Assembly (NCBI GenBank): GCA_964234715.1
Contig: OZ174284.1
Length of the DNA stretch: 64,000 nucleotides
From: Podarcis melisellensis
Taxonomy: Eukaryota
Reading direction: 5' to 3' (one strand)
The position numbers and the translations under genes were made by a program. Positions 54,101 through 62,175 of this stretch are shown here, one piece after another. The notes under the pieces were generated by a model. The model saw nothing but the letters and a program-made list of their open reading frames with translations. It made no database searches and was not told the DNA's origin. Each line of letters starts with the position of its first letter. The stretch's first letter is position 1.

Positions 54101-54890
54101 GGTAACTGTCAGCAAAACCCATACTTAAAGGGTTTGAACGTCTGTTCCTCTACCTGCACATTTCTGTTAGCGCAGCAGTTCAGGGTTTCCTGACTAGCTA
54201 CTTTGCATTTATCTTGATTTTGTGAACTGTCATTTTAATTGGTGATTTCCTGAATTGTTCAGATCCCGGCATTATTGCACATTGTTTTCCATTAAGGGCA
54301 CAGAAACAGTGTTTAATTGCACATGACTCCCAAAAGGAAGGCACAGAGAGCAGAGAGAGTTCACAACAATTTTCTCCCTTTAAACACAGCCTGGACTTGG
54401 TGCTTTTGGTTGTGATGTTGGTTGCCAAGGGTGTTTTTTATCAGTTTAGGTTAGTTTGGCAGCTGTGGCTTAAACTCTTAATAAATATCATTTAAAAAAA
54501 TAAAAATAAAGACTGTTTGGAAAATGCTGCTGGCACAGAATGTGGCTGCTAAGACATCCAGATCGTATTACACCTATGCTGCATCAGTTACATTGGCTAC
54601 TTTTTCATTTCCAGGCCCAATTCAAGGTGCTTATTTTAGCATATACCGTAAAACCCTAACTAGTTTGGGACTATGTTATCTGAAAGACAGCTAATACATC
54701 AACATCAGCACCTGAGACCTTGCTCACCAGCCCACCAGTGAGACCCATTAGGCTGGTGGTGATGGGCAGGGGCTTTGTTAGTGGTGACCCCACACTTTTG
54801 GAATTCCCTTCCCATGGCATTATCACTGCTGAGCAAAACAAAACTCTGAAGACAGAAGTCTGCATTTAGCTGATTTGCACTGCTGCTGCT

Positions 54891-54927
<37 letters not shown>

Positions 54928-57283
54928 TGTAATAATAATTTCCTGTGTTTTGAGTTTTGCAAAGCTGCCTTGAAAAGTGTTTTCCCCCTTAACACAGCAA
55001 GTTTTAACAAACAAACATACATCCTTTCTTGTGACTGAACAAGTAAAATGGATCTCATTCTGGATAGTGTCTCTGCACCCTGGAATTCCTCTTTTCACCT
55101 GAATATAAAGATAAACAGCATGAGGAGCATGCAGAAGGTAGCGACATTGTCCATGGTCTTCATGAGCACCACCAGCTGACGCCGCAAGGCAGGCATGAAC
55201 CTCACCAGCTTCAACACCCTCAGTAGCCGGAATGTCCTCAACACGGACAGGCCACCATCAGCTTGGCCTATGATCTCCCAGATGCTACAAAACAGGGACA
55301 AAAGCAACAAGAGACAAGGGAGGGCCAGAGTGAGACCTTGAGAAAAGTAATAGAAAGGAATCCCAAAGGATGATGAATGACAGTGTGAATATTATAAATA
55401 GAAGCAACTTTTATTTGAGTGATCTTTAACTGAGATCCAGGTAGACTGTGTTTGCCAGAGAGCGGGAAGGAGGGAGATAATTTTGGTTGTCAATTGCACT
55501 GGTGTCTATAAACCAAATATCCCTATGTGTAAGAAATACAAAGTTTGTCTGAATTAATTTGGTGAGAACAAAATACACTTGCTTATAACTCCTGAGTTAT
55601 TCTTTGTTCTTTGGAGTTAATGTTCCCCTTATATCCTTCCCTTAGTCAATTTCAACAGGTTCCTTCAGGATCTCTCCTGAAAGCATTTTATACAAAGATG
55701 TTATGATGCTCCACAGAAGCGAAAGCTTGTTTCCAGCCTCAAGAACCAGAAGGGAAGAAACAAAGGGTGAAAACTACAGCTTAGCCAAAACGGCAGCCCC
55801 AGTTCACTGCTCTGCCCCCCCCCCCCATGTTTGCAGGTGGCAACTGTTTTGGTAACCTTCAATGGAGCCATAATTCAAAAAACATACACAAACACCGTAA
55901 ATGGTTTTGGAGGTGCTTTGCTCAAGGGTGAAAGCAGGGGCTCTTTCCTTTCCTTTTCTTAGTCCTGCTCATAAATTTCAGCAGGTCTACACTGAGTAAA
56001 ACCTAGTTGAATAATATCTTCTGGCTACCACTACCAAGCTCCCCTCTTCTCAGGTGCACTGCACCCTGGCAAGTAGGAAGTAGGGAGGTCCTGGTGGCCA
56101 ATCTCTCTCCCTGCTGCCAAAACCTCTTGCAGAGCGAGCGGCTTTTAGAGTGCTAAGACTGAAGTAGGAAGCTGCAGCTGCCAACCTGCATGATGAAGGG
56201 CCTGTTTTGACCCCAGAGTCCAGCAGTGAGGGAGCCAGAGAAGATTCCTGGGTCTGAGTCTGAAGCTGGTGATCAGGGGACCACCAAACTGGAAACTGGC
56301 AAGGAGGAGCTGACTGAAGCAGATGCCACAGCACCAGGATTCTTAAAACTAGAGTCAGGAACTTCCTGGATAATTTCCTCTAGATGTGAGGAAGCAAAGC
56401 TTTGTGCCCCTGTAGAGTTGTCAAAAGTCAGAGTAGATTCATCTGAGCTAAATGAACCTGATAGAAGTCAGCTTCCTCTGTTCCTGTATAAATGGTACTC
56501 TGAACAGGGTGGGTGTTTAGAAACTGATGGACAGTTGCAGTGAATGGCGAATCTAGGCATAAGGTTCTCTTACAGTTATAAGGCTGCACGTGGACCTATA
56601 TGATCGGACAGTGGGTGGTATTTAACACCAGTCCTACTCAGGGAATGTCCATTGAAGTTAATGGACCTGAATAACTTTGGTTCATTAGTTTCAGTGGGTC
56701 TCTTCTGGGTAGGACACAGTTGAATACTAACCCCCCCCCATGTTTAACGGATTTATGCAAGCAGAACCATGATACTCATGGTTTTATATATAGCAAAATG
56801 GATCACAATTACAAAGTTAATAGGAATTGTCCTGAATCCAAAGGAAAGCTGGTGGAAAGGCTGAGAACAGACTCCAGAATGGCAAGTTCCTTGGTCCTGT
56901 GCACTACCTTTTCAAGTGGCTCTCACATTTTATTGATTAAAATGTTTAATATAAAGTAGTGGCGTCACCAAAGGCTAGAATGGCTTGAGATGTGCTGTCC
57001 CAACACAACATTGCTCAGAACACTGCTTGGAATGAGTTTCATTTACTTCTTGGGCAGCCCCAAAACTGACCCTCACCCATCTTTCTTACACTACTTCTCA
57101 TACATTGATGCATAGCTTTGATTATCATTACCTGATGATGACGATGATGCTGTCATAGATGTTGTAAGGATTGCGAAGATAATCAAAGAGGCCAAAGGCA
57201 GCAAGTTTCAAGATCATCTCTAGGGCAAACATGCTGGTAAACACAACATTGCAGATTTCCAAAATATTAGTCAGCTCTTCTGG
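2990..57283 (-). CDS. CACNA1I: T-type voltage-gated calcium channel alpha-1I (Cav3.3), 5'-partial multi-exon gene (27 exons in window, 1543 aa)
   Basis: 27 GT-AG exons join in phase (4632 nt including stop). S4 segments [26 protein letters not shown] and [13 protein letters not shown]; pore motifs QEDW, SKDGW, TGDNW. The C-terminus ([43 protein letters not shown]) and the IIS1-S2 sequence [11 protein letters not shown] match Cav3.3 rather than Cav3.1/3.2 (from recall of the family). Confidence 0.96.
4049..4399 (-). mobile_element. Sauria SINE
   Basis: (ACCTTT)n-type tail read as ggtaaaggtaaaggg; tRNA-like B box GGTTCGAATCCC on the minus strand; near-identical second copy at 17068. Confidence 0.9.
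6717..6913 (-). CDS. CACNA1I: CACNA1I window exon 26 (C-terminus)
   Basis: [28 protein letters not shown]...[25 protein letters not shown]; 197 nt; |gtaagg. Confidence 0.92.
8401..8566 (-). CDS. CACNA1I: CACNA1I window exon 25 (C-terminus)
   Basis: [55 protein letters not shown]; 166 nt, ends in phase 1. Confidence 0.88.
9369..9488 (-). CDS. CACNA1I: CACNA1I window exon 24 (C-terminus)
   Basis: [40 protein letters not shown]; ctgcag| and AAG|gtaaaa; 120 nt; read manually. Confidence 0.9.
12587..12814 (+). mobile_element. Tc1/mariner-pogo-type MITE, copy 1
   Basis: Terminal inverted repeats (TIRs) CAGTGGTACCT...AGGTACTACTG, TA on both sides; two more copies in the window; strand is relative orientation. 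Confidence 0.88.
14875..15021 (-). CDS. CACNA1I: CACNA1I window exon 23 (C-terminus)
   Basis: [49 protein letters not shown]; 147 nt; not in the ORF track, read manually. Confidence 0.92.
15601..15921 (-). CDS. CACNA1I: CACNA1I window exon 22 (IVS6 and proximal C-terminus)
   Basis: [69 protein letters not shown]...CYSPAQ; 321 nt. Confidence 0.95.
17068..17409 (-). mobile_element. Sauria SINE with 12-bp target site duplication (TSD)
   Basis: Same family as 4049-4399; TSD ttcatattcata at 17056-17067 and 17410-17421. Confidence 0.92.
17897..18018 (-). CDS. CACNA1I: CACNA1I window exon 21 (IV selectivity filter)
   Basis: [41 protein letters not shown]; 122 nt. Confidence 0.96.
19114..19192 (-). 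CDS. CACNA1I: CACNA1I window exon 20 (IVS5)
   Basis: [26 protein letters not shown]; 79 nt; |gtaagt. Confidence 0.96.
22445..22755. mobile_element. CR1-like LINE 3' fragment (related pieces near 5735-5897, 32935-33095 and 49590-49820)
   Basis: Recurrent motif aagaac..aag..gcctgctggatca.gcca.tgg.cc..ctagt...catcctgttct..cagtggccaacca; family assignment from recall. Confidence 0.5.
23530..23580. repeat. (GAAA)n microsatellite
   Basis: Direct reading. Confidence 0.95.
24723..24793 (-). CDS. CACNA1I: CACNA1I window exon 19 (IV S4-S5 linker)
   Basis: [24 protein letters not shown]; 71 nt. Confidence 0.95.
25699..25882 (-). mobile_element. tRNA-derived squamate SINE (Squam3-like), degenerate
   Basis: Reverse-complement similarity to 51853-52050 (taggaacatagg...ctctacctctgagccacagcccttcc); another degenerate copy near 44230-44420. 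Confidence 0.6.
25945..26078 (-). CDS. CACNA1I: CACNA1I window exon 18 (IVS3-S4)
   Basis: [44 protein letters not shown]; 134 nt; AAG-type acceptor. Confidence 0.96.
26975..27084 (-). CDS. CACNA1I: CACNA1I window exon 17 (IVS2)
   Basis: [37 protein letters not shown]; 110 nt. Confidence 0.96.
28571..28963 (+). mobile_element. Solo LTR (393 bp)
   Basis: TGTTAGGA...TTCCAACA termini, perfect 5-bp TSD gattc (28566-28570 and 28964-28968), internal AATAAA near 28764. Confidence 0.8.
29121..29346 (-). mobile_element. Tc1/mariner-pogo-type MITE, copy 2 (inverted relative to copy 1)
   Basis: ta|CCGTGGTACCTC...GAGGTACCACTG|ta. Confidence 0.88.
31319..31461 (+). mobile_element. L2-clade LINE extreme 3' end with (ATT)n tail
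   Basis: ggaagccgcccagagtggctggggaaacccagcc shared with the 58651 copy. Confidence 0.75.
31673..31898 (-). mobile_element. Tc1/mariner-pogo-type MITE, copy 3 (inverted relative to copy 1)
   Basis: TAGTGGTACCTC...GAGGTACCACTG|ta; internal sequence nearly identical to copies 1 and 2. Confidence 0.88.
32071..32222 (-). CDS. CACNA1I: CACNA1I window exon 16 (IVS1)
   Basis: [51 protein letters not shown]; 152 nt; |gtgagt. Confidence 0.95.
33195..33387 (-). CDS. CACNA1I: CACNA1I window exon 15 (IIIS6 and III-IV linker)
   Basis: [64 protein letters not shown]; 193 nt. Confidence 0.96.
33401..33446. repeat. (GACA)11 microsatellite next to a splice acceptor
   Basis: Direct reading. Confidence 0.95.
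36107..36141. repeat. (GA)n microsatellite
   Basis: Direct reading. Confidence 0.95.
36773..36862 (-). CDS. CACNA1I: CACNA1I window exon 14 (III selectivity filter)
   Basis: [30 protein letters not shown]; 90 nt. Confidence 0.96.
38118..38543 (+). mobile_element. tRNA-derived squamate SINE (Squam3-like), split by an insertion
   Basis: Colinear with the intact copy at 51853-52050 once 38266-38505 is removed. Confidence 0.65.
38266..38505 (-). mobile_element. Probable short solo LTR nested in a SINE
   Basis: TG...CA ends; flanks ggtct/ggtgt (4/5 TSD); AATAAA on the minus strand; interrupts a SINE whose halves rejoin. Confidence 0.6.
39284..39409 (-). CDS. CACNA1I: CACNA1I window exon 13 (III extracellular loop)
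   Basis: [42 protein letters not shown]; 126 nt. Confidence 0.96.
40640..40812 (+). mobile_element. tRNA-derived MIR-like SINE
   Basis: A-box-like GTGGTGTAGTAG, B box GGTTCAAATCC, core GTGACCTTGGGCCAGTCAC..CTCTCAGCC; related fragments near 7860-7990, 33810-33970 and 63045-63130. Confidence 0.7.
40828..40954 (-). CDS. CACNA1I: CACNA1I window exon 12 (IIIS5)
   Basis: [42 protein letters not shown]; 127 nt. Confidence 0.96.
41330..41738 (-). mobile_element. L1-type LINE 3' fragment
   Basis: Minus strand encodes [43 protein letters not shown] (typical non-mammalian L1 ORF2 C-terminus), then an AT-rich 3' UTR, AATAAA and a poly(A) tail (poly-T at 41330-41340). Confidence 0.75.
41941..42125 (-). 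CDS. CACNA1I: CACNA1I window exon 11 (IIIS3-S4)
   Basis: [62 protein letters not shown]; 185 nt. Confidence 0.96.
43335..43403 (-). CDS. CACNA1I: CACNA1I window exon 10 (IIIS2)
   Basis: [23 protein letters not shown]; 69 nt; |gtaagt. Confidence 0.95.
44802..45551. mobile_element. Non-autonomous Tc1/pogo-type DNA transposon with internal GC-rich 108-bp tandem repeat
   Basis: TIRs CCGTATTTTTCGCCCTATAGG / CCTATGGGGCGAAAAATACAG, TA on both sides; repeat units start at 45035, 45143 and 45251. Confidence 0.85.
46084..46207 (-). CDS. CACNA1I: CACNA1I window exon 9 (IIIS1)
   Basis: [41 protein letters not shown]; 124 nt; |gtgagt. Confidence 0.95.
46577..46832. mobile_element. hAT-type MITE
   Basis: Degenerate TIRs CAGGCATCAGCAAAC / GTTTGCCTACCCATG; 8-bp flanks atgtaatg / atgttatt (6/8); internal GGGCCGG motifs. 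Confidence 0.7.
46977..47077 (-). CDS. CACNA1I: CACNA1I window exon 8
   Basis: [34 protein letters not shown]; 101 nt. Confidence 0.95.
48230..48600. repeat. Old dispersed AT-rich repeat of unknown class (related to about 7160-7530 and about 36225-36540)
   Basis: Shared motifs ttcagttctc.acatttct..atca.tttg.gatttt and actaatata.gcatt.ttatg.acac. Confidence 0.45.
48807..49226 (-). CDS. CACNA1I: CACNA1I window exon 7 (II-III linker)
   Basis: [11 protein letters not shown]...SRRSSWNSL...[16 protein letters not shown]...HQNCNGKMP...GEDEEEIDY; 420 nt; |gtaagt. Confidence 0.93.
50024..50196 (-). CDS. CACNA1I: CACNA1I window exon 6 (II-III linker)
   Basis: [19 protein letters not shown]...[10 protein letters not shown]; the donor CTG|gtgggt is phase-compatible with the next exon; 173 nt. 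Confidence 0.85.
51853..52050 (+). mobile_element. tRNA-derived squamate SINE (Squam3-like)
   Basis: A box TAGCTCAGTGG, degenerate B box GTTTGATCC, tail ATAAGGCAGCTTCTTATGTTCCTA; family name from recall. Confidence 0.7.
52412..52493 (-). CDS. CACNA1I: CACNA1I window exon 5 (II-III linker)
   Basis: [27 protein letters not shown]; atgcag| and G|gtaaga; 82 nt, ends in phase 1. Confidence 0.9.
52874..53029 (-). CDS. CACNA1I: CACNA1I window exon 4 (II selectivity filter and S6)
   Basis: [52 protein letters not shown]; 156 nt. Confidence 0.96.
53494..53611 (-). CDS. CACNA1I: CACNA1I window exon 3 (II pore loop)
   Basis: [39 protein letters not shown]; 118 nt. Confidence 0.95.
54892..54926. repeat. 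(GT)n microsatellite
   Basis: Direct reading. Confidence 0.95.
55099..55284 (-). CDS. CACNA1I: CACNA1I window exon 2 (IIS4-S5)
   Basis: [62 protein letters not shown]; 186 nt, AG/GT boundaries. Confidence 0.96.
57132..57283 (-). CDS. CACNA1I: CACNA1I window exon 1 (IIS2-S3)
   Basis: [51 protein letters not shown]; ctgcag| acceptor, |gtaatg donor; 152 nt. Confidence 0.95.
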
Positions 57284-57292
57284 CTGCAGGAG

Positions 57293-57333
57293 AAATAAAA
57301 TAAAATAAAATAAAATAAAATAAAATAAAATAA
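57293..57333. repeat. (TAAAA)n microsatellite forming an acceptor pyrimidine tract
   Basis: Direct reading. Confidence 0.95.
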
Positions 57334-58107
57334 TCAGAAGCCATTTAGGAAACTTTCTATCACACACTGTTCCGCCTAGTGTGCAAGAAATGGGGACTCT
57401 GGGTAGAGAAGAGACTCTTGCAACTTTTTCATTTTATTATTTATTTTTTAAATTGCATGTTAAATGTCTGTCTGTAAAACCACCATCTCCCAGTGATGTC
57501 CCAATATTTCATGATGTTTCACTTGTTATCCCCGAGTTTTTACCTTAAATCCTTTATGTTCTGTTTTGGTTCTGTCTCCAGGACTGCAGGTTGTTGCTGT
57601 TTTTTTAAATTGTAGCTGTTTTAGGGTGAAGAACAGCTTCACCCTATGAAATGAAGAAATGAGATTGCAGGAAGCTTAATGTGCCAATTTGGTGTTCCAA
57701 AGAAGATTGAGGATTACTGTGATGTTCCATAGAGATTTACAATATACCATGTATATTGTACTGAATGCTGGTTCCTTACGAATAAGGATATGCGATACAG
57801 ATTATGGACCAGCATACCAACTGGGAACTTGAAATTGTTTTGAAGATCCTCAGGGCATTTGCACTGAGGCCGTTATATGCATGTTGAAAAACCTTATCTG
57901 TAAAATTTGCATCTCAGTACTGAGAAAGGTATAAGTTATTTCTGCAAGTTTCATGTTCTCATTTTAATGTATGCATATTTGGGACTTAACCGTACTAGTG
58001 CCCTCTTCTGCCTCCTATAGAATTACATTACTATGTTACTAATGTTGATCTTAGACTATAAAAATTTAGAGTGAATTCACTGCTGGATTGCCAGACATAG
58101 CTCTATT

Positions 58108-58276
58108 CAGTGGCATAGCGTGGGGGGTGCAGGGGGGGCCGGCCGCACCGGGCGCAACATCTGGGGGTTAGAGTTAGGGGGCACAAATCCACGGATTATG
58201 GGGCGCAAATCCACGGGTTAGGGGGTGCAAATTACTTGCCTTGCCCCGGGTGCTGACAACCCACGCTACGCCACTG
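58108..58276. mobile_element. hAT-type MITE (169 bp)
   Basis: TIRs CAGTGGCATAGCGTGGG / CCCACGCTACGCCACTG; perfect 8-bp TSD gctctatt (58100-58107 and 58277-58284). Confidence 0.9.
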
Positions 58277-58454
58277 GCTCTATTATGGACTTGGTTGTAT
58301 TCAAACAACAGAAGCACACAATTTCATTTTTGTGGTCTTTCACTGACTATTTCTATAAATAATTTTGTTTTGCATCAAACTTTGTTGTTCTTTATGATCA
58401 TTGGATATATATTTTTTCATCTGCTTAATTGGCACAAACTATTTCAATCCCCTT

Positions 58455-58516
58455 CTTTTCTTTTCTTTTCTTTTCTTTTCTTTTCTTTTCTTTTCTTTTC
58501 TTTTCTTTTCTTTTTT
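58455..58516. repeat. (CTTTT)n microsatellite
   Basis: Direct reading. Confidence 0.95.
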
Positions 58517-58650
58517 AAACCATCAACAAGGTATGCTTATCATTTCCACCATCCATGGCATGTGCTGGAGCACTAGCACCAGACTATGATGGTATACTAG
58601 AGCTGTTTTCTAAAACGAATTAGCACATTTCTTTTAAAAATTGTTTTGTA

Positions 58651-59000
58651 TTAAACCCTAAATGGCCTCAGTCCAGTATACCTGAAGGAGCATCTCCACC
58701 CCCATCATTCTGCCTGGACACTGAGGTCCAACACCAAGGGCCTTCTGGGAGTTCCCTCCCTGCGAGAAGCAAAGTTACAGGGAACCAGGCAGAGGGCCTT
58801 CTCAGTAGTGGTGCCCACCCTGTGGAACGCCCTCCCACCAGATGTCAAAGGAAAAAACAACTACCAGACTTTTAGAAAACATCTGAAGGGCAGCCCTGTT
58901 TAGGGAAGCTTTTAATAACTGAAGGACTATTGTATTTTAATATTTTGTTGGAAGCCGCCCAGAGTGGCTGGGGAAACCCAGCCAAATGGGCGGGGTATAA

Positions 59001-59048
<48 letters not shown>
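58651..59048 (+). mobile_element. L2-clade LINE 3' fragment with (ATT)n tail
   Basis: Encodes RQRAFSVVVPTLWNALP...FRKHLK (L2-type ORF2 C-terminus); shares its 3' UTR with the copies at 60376 and 31319. Confidence 0.8.
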
Positions 59049-59051
<3 letters not shown>

Positions 59052-60375
59052 ATTTCCCTTAATGCAAAAGTCAATCAATCAATCAATTTTTGGAAACAAA
59101 AAATAACACTCACCCCAGTTATTTTGAGATTTCCTCTCCATTTGCAATAATGCATATTTTCGAACAAAACTTTCCTCTATCCTTCCTTTCTTCTTTTCTC
59201 GGTGTTTTCAGCTTCCCACCCCCAGTCCCTTTTTATACCCATATTCTTCTAGTAGCAGCTTGCTAGGCCTTGTTCTGCTAATCTTCTCACATAACTCTCT
59301 CTCTTGGCTGCTGTCTCATTAATTACCCAATGGAATATGTAGATATCTTGGAATGTATTTTATCGAAGAGGAGCTTGTTATGCTTTGCGCTCAAGCACAC
59401 ACTTAGGCTATAACACAATTCCATAAACAGAGTATGCAGCCAATCATGTCACTTCTATGTTGCATACAGAACAAGCGTGTCAAGAAAACTGGTGGCATGA
59501 TGCTATTACCCCCTGGGATGTTTGTGGTGAAAAAAAGGCTTGAATCAAATGATTCAGCCTTGGATGCATGCGGTATCAGGGTTTCACTCGGGTCCTTTGT
59601 GGTCTTCTTGGAACTTGCAAATAACATCCACTCACTAAGCCAGAAAAATACAGTTCTGCTTAGTTTGTGTGTGTGTACAACAAATAAGTGATTGAATGAA
59701 TAGACTTCAACCACCTGCCCTCCGATGCTTTCTCCTGAGTTCCCATTCCAGTTCCTGAGCGCTTTGTCCCACATAATCATCTGTTCACTCACACCAAGTG
59801 GTTTTGACAACTGCTGTCCAAAAAAATCCCCTCCCTCCTGTATTCTGAAAAAGCAAAACCCTTCTCTCTCCACAGCCTACTAATTCATCCCCACACTTTC
59901 TCGGGATCAGTGACTTCACGCTAATTTCAACACAATGAGAAGGGGAAAACAACAACAACTGCACACCTTTCCCATGCCAGATGATTCTTTATTAAAGCTG
60001 CCAGTTTCCCTAAGTGAAAAAGTAAAGACAGAATGGGAAACAAGGCCTCTATTTCCACCCATAATTATGTTTGACTAATAATGCAAGTGCTAAAAGGCAA
60101 AAGATGGAACGTAAAAACTAACAGAGTGATCTTGTACATTGTCACACAGAAGGAAGAGTAAGTGTTTGTAGGGTAAGACTATGCACACTGTAGTAAGCCC
60201 CAGGGAAGCAGAATTTACTTTGGAGTCAATCTGCATAGGATTAACTTCTAAGGGTCGTCCCTCATAACTTAAAAACCTGTATTGTAGGGTGAAGAAAAGA
60301 CAGACGGTAATTTCAGAAGGAAGTGGAAATCCCTCCCCTTATTTATCTCTACTTTTACCATCTCTACCATATAAC

Positions 60376-60825
60376 ACTGGTCCTGAGATCTGCATTGGCT
60401 CCCAGTACGTTTCCAAGCACAATTCAAAGTGTTGGTGCTGACCTTTAAAGCCCTAAACAGCCTTGGTCCTGTATACCTGAAGGAGCATCTCCACCCTGAT
60501 TGTTTAGCCCAGACAGTGAGGTCCAGTGCCAAGGGGCTTCTGGCGGTTCCATCACTGCGAGAAGTGAGGTTATAGGGAACCAGGCAGAGGGCCTTCTCGG
60601 TAGTGGCGCCTGCCCTGTGGAACGCCCTGCCATCAGATTTCAAGGAAATTAGTTTCAAGGAAATTTCAAGGAGATTTCAAGGAAATCAGATGTCTTTTAA
60701 AAGACATCTGAAGGCAGCCCTGTTTAGGGAAAATTTTAATGTTTAATGCTGTATTGTTTTTAATATTTGAATGGGAGCCACCCAGAGTGGCTGGGGAAAC
60801 TCTGCCAGATGGGTGGGGTATAAAT

Positions 60826-60857
<32 letters not shown>
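60376..60857 (+). mobile_element. L2-clade LINE 3' fragment with (ATC)n tail
   Basis: Encodes [34 protein letters not shown]...[15 protein letters not shown]; same family as the 58651 copy. Confidence 0.82.
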
Positions 60858-62087
60858 TACTTTTCATTTCCTGAGCTGAAGAATCAGGCAGAACAAGAAC
60901 ATTTTGGCTCATTCAATAAGCCTCTGTGTAAAACTCCCGCAAGCTGGTGTGAAAGATAGCAGCTTTTTGCAATATGTGTTCTGAGGCAGGTTGAAAATAG
61001 GATGCTGTCCTAAAATTTGTATGTTTATCCTGGACATGAAGGAACGCCAACTGTAATTTCACCCTATCACTCTCCAAGGCAGATATCACATTAGAATATA
61101 TTTTGCATTTTACTACCACTACCCACTTCTGAAAATGTTGAGTTGCGGGGAGGAGACGCTAGAAGAAAATACGAGTGAGGACTGAGCAGGACAAAAACTT
61201 GTTTTGTAAAAATAGACATAACCTGCCTCACTGTGAACGCTTTAATTTCTAAATCGCATTGTGGTGTGTTTTTCATTTTTCCTTGCCTTTCTGAGAAGAG
61301 GTCTATGGGGCTTGCATTTTCCTCCCCCTTCATCTGAAATAGATGAGAGATGTGAAACCCGAGGCACGGAATTGTGCCCTGAATATGACTAGCATATTTC
61401 ATTCTGATCTCAATGTTCAAATGGAGTATCTCACAAACAAATAAAATGCTGAGTGTGTGGGAGAGTGAAACTAAAGACCTCACCTTGTTTCACAAAAAGT
61501 AGTGGTTTTTGACATGGCAGGGCAGTGGTAGAGAGAGGTGGGGAGCAGCTTTTCTAATATCCATCTACTTCAATTATTCCTGCACATGGTACTAGAGTTG
61601 CACGTGGTGGAATTCCCGCATACAGTCATTCAATAAACACACCCCAGTGTTCAAGCAATGACACTAAAAATGTCAAAGATATCACACGGAACCACTCCGA
61701 CAAGTCTCCCAAATAGAAATAGCAATGGAGGTGCTGTATGGGGAACTTATTGCAAGCACAAAATATAGCACACAGACCAAGTCTGGGAAATGCAGTCTCC
61801 ACCCCACAGAAGGGGTATTGAGGAGAGAAGTGTGGCTTGCATAAGACAAATATGTAACATTAACAAGTGCATATTTACTTTGCTGAAAATGTATTCTGCA
61901 GAAAGGTTATAGGGGGGAACTTCTATTTGTAGTCTAATGCTCATTTCCATGAAGCTCCCCACCACAGAGACGAGCGCACATCCAAGTGGATTAAAGATAC
62001 GCCTATTTTTGGCAAGGCGTTTTCAGATACCAGGCCTGTCCTATTTAGATGTGCGCTTGTCTGTATGGGGGCAAGCACAACCGTGAT

Positions 62088-62175
62088 GAAAATAAGCTCA
62101 GAGCTGCACAAGCAAATCTGCACAAGAAAAGAGCTGCACAAGAAAATAAGCTCAGAGCTGCACAAGCAAATCTGC
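62088..62175. repeat. 54-bp-period tandem duplication
   Basis: gaaaataagctcagagctgcacaagcaaatctgc at 62088 and 62142. Confidence 0.85.

Noticed and set aside
53750-54196. Possible solo LTR (TGTCACAGGA...TCCTGAC)
   Set aside because: The 3' end lacks CA and the TSD is imperfect; it cannot be supported without a repeat search
56040-56543. 105-aa acidic plus-strand ORF in a GC-richer patch
   Set aside because: Non-ATG start and no recognisable homology; possibly a decayed LTR-type repeat, but I could not define its ends
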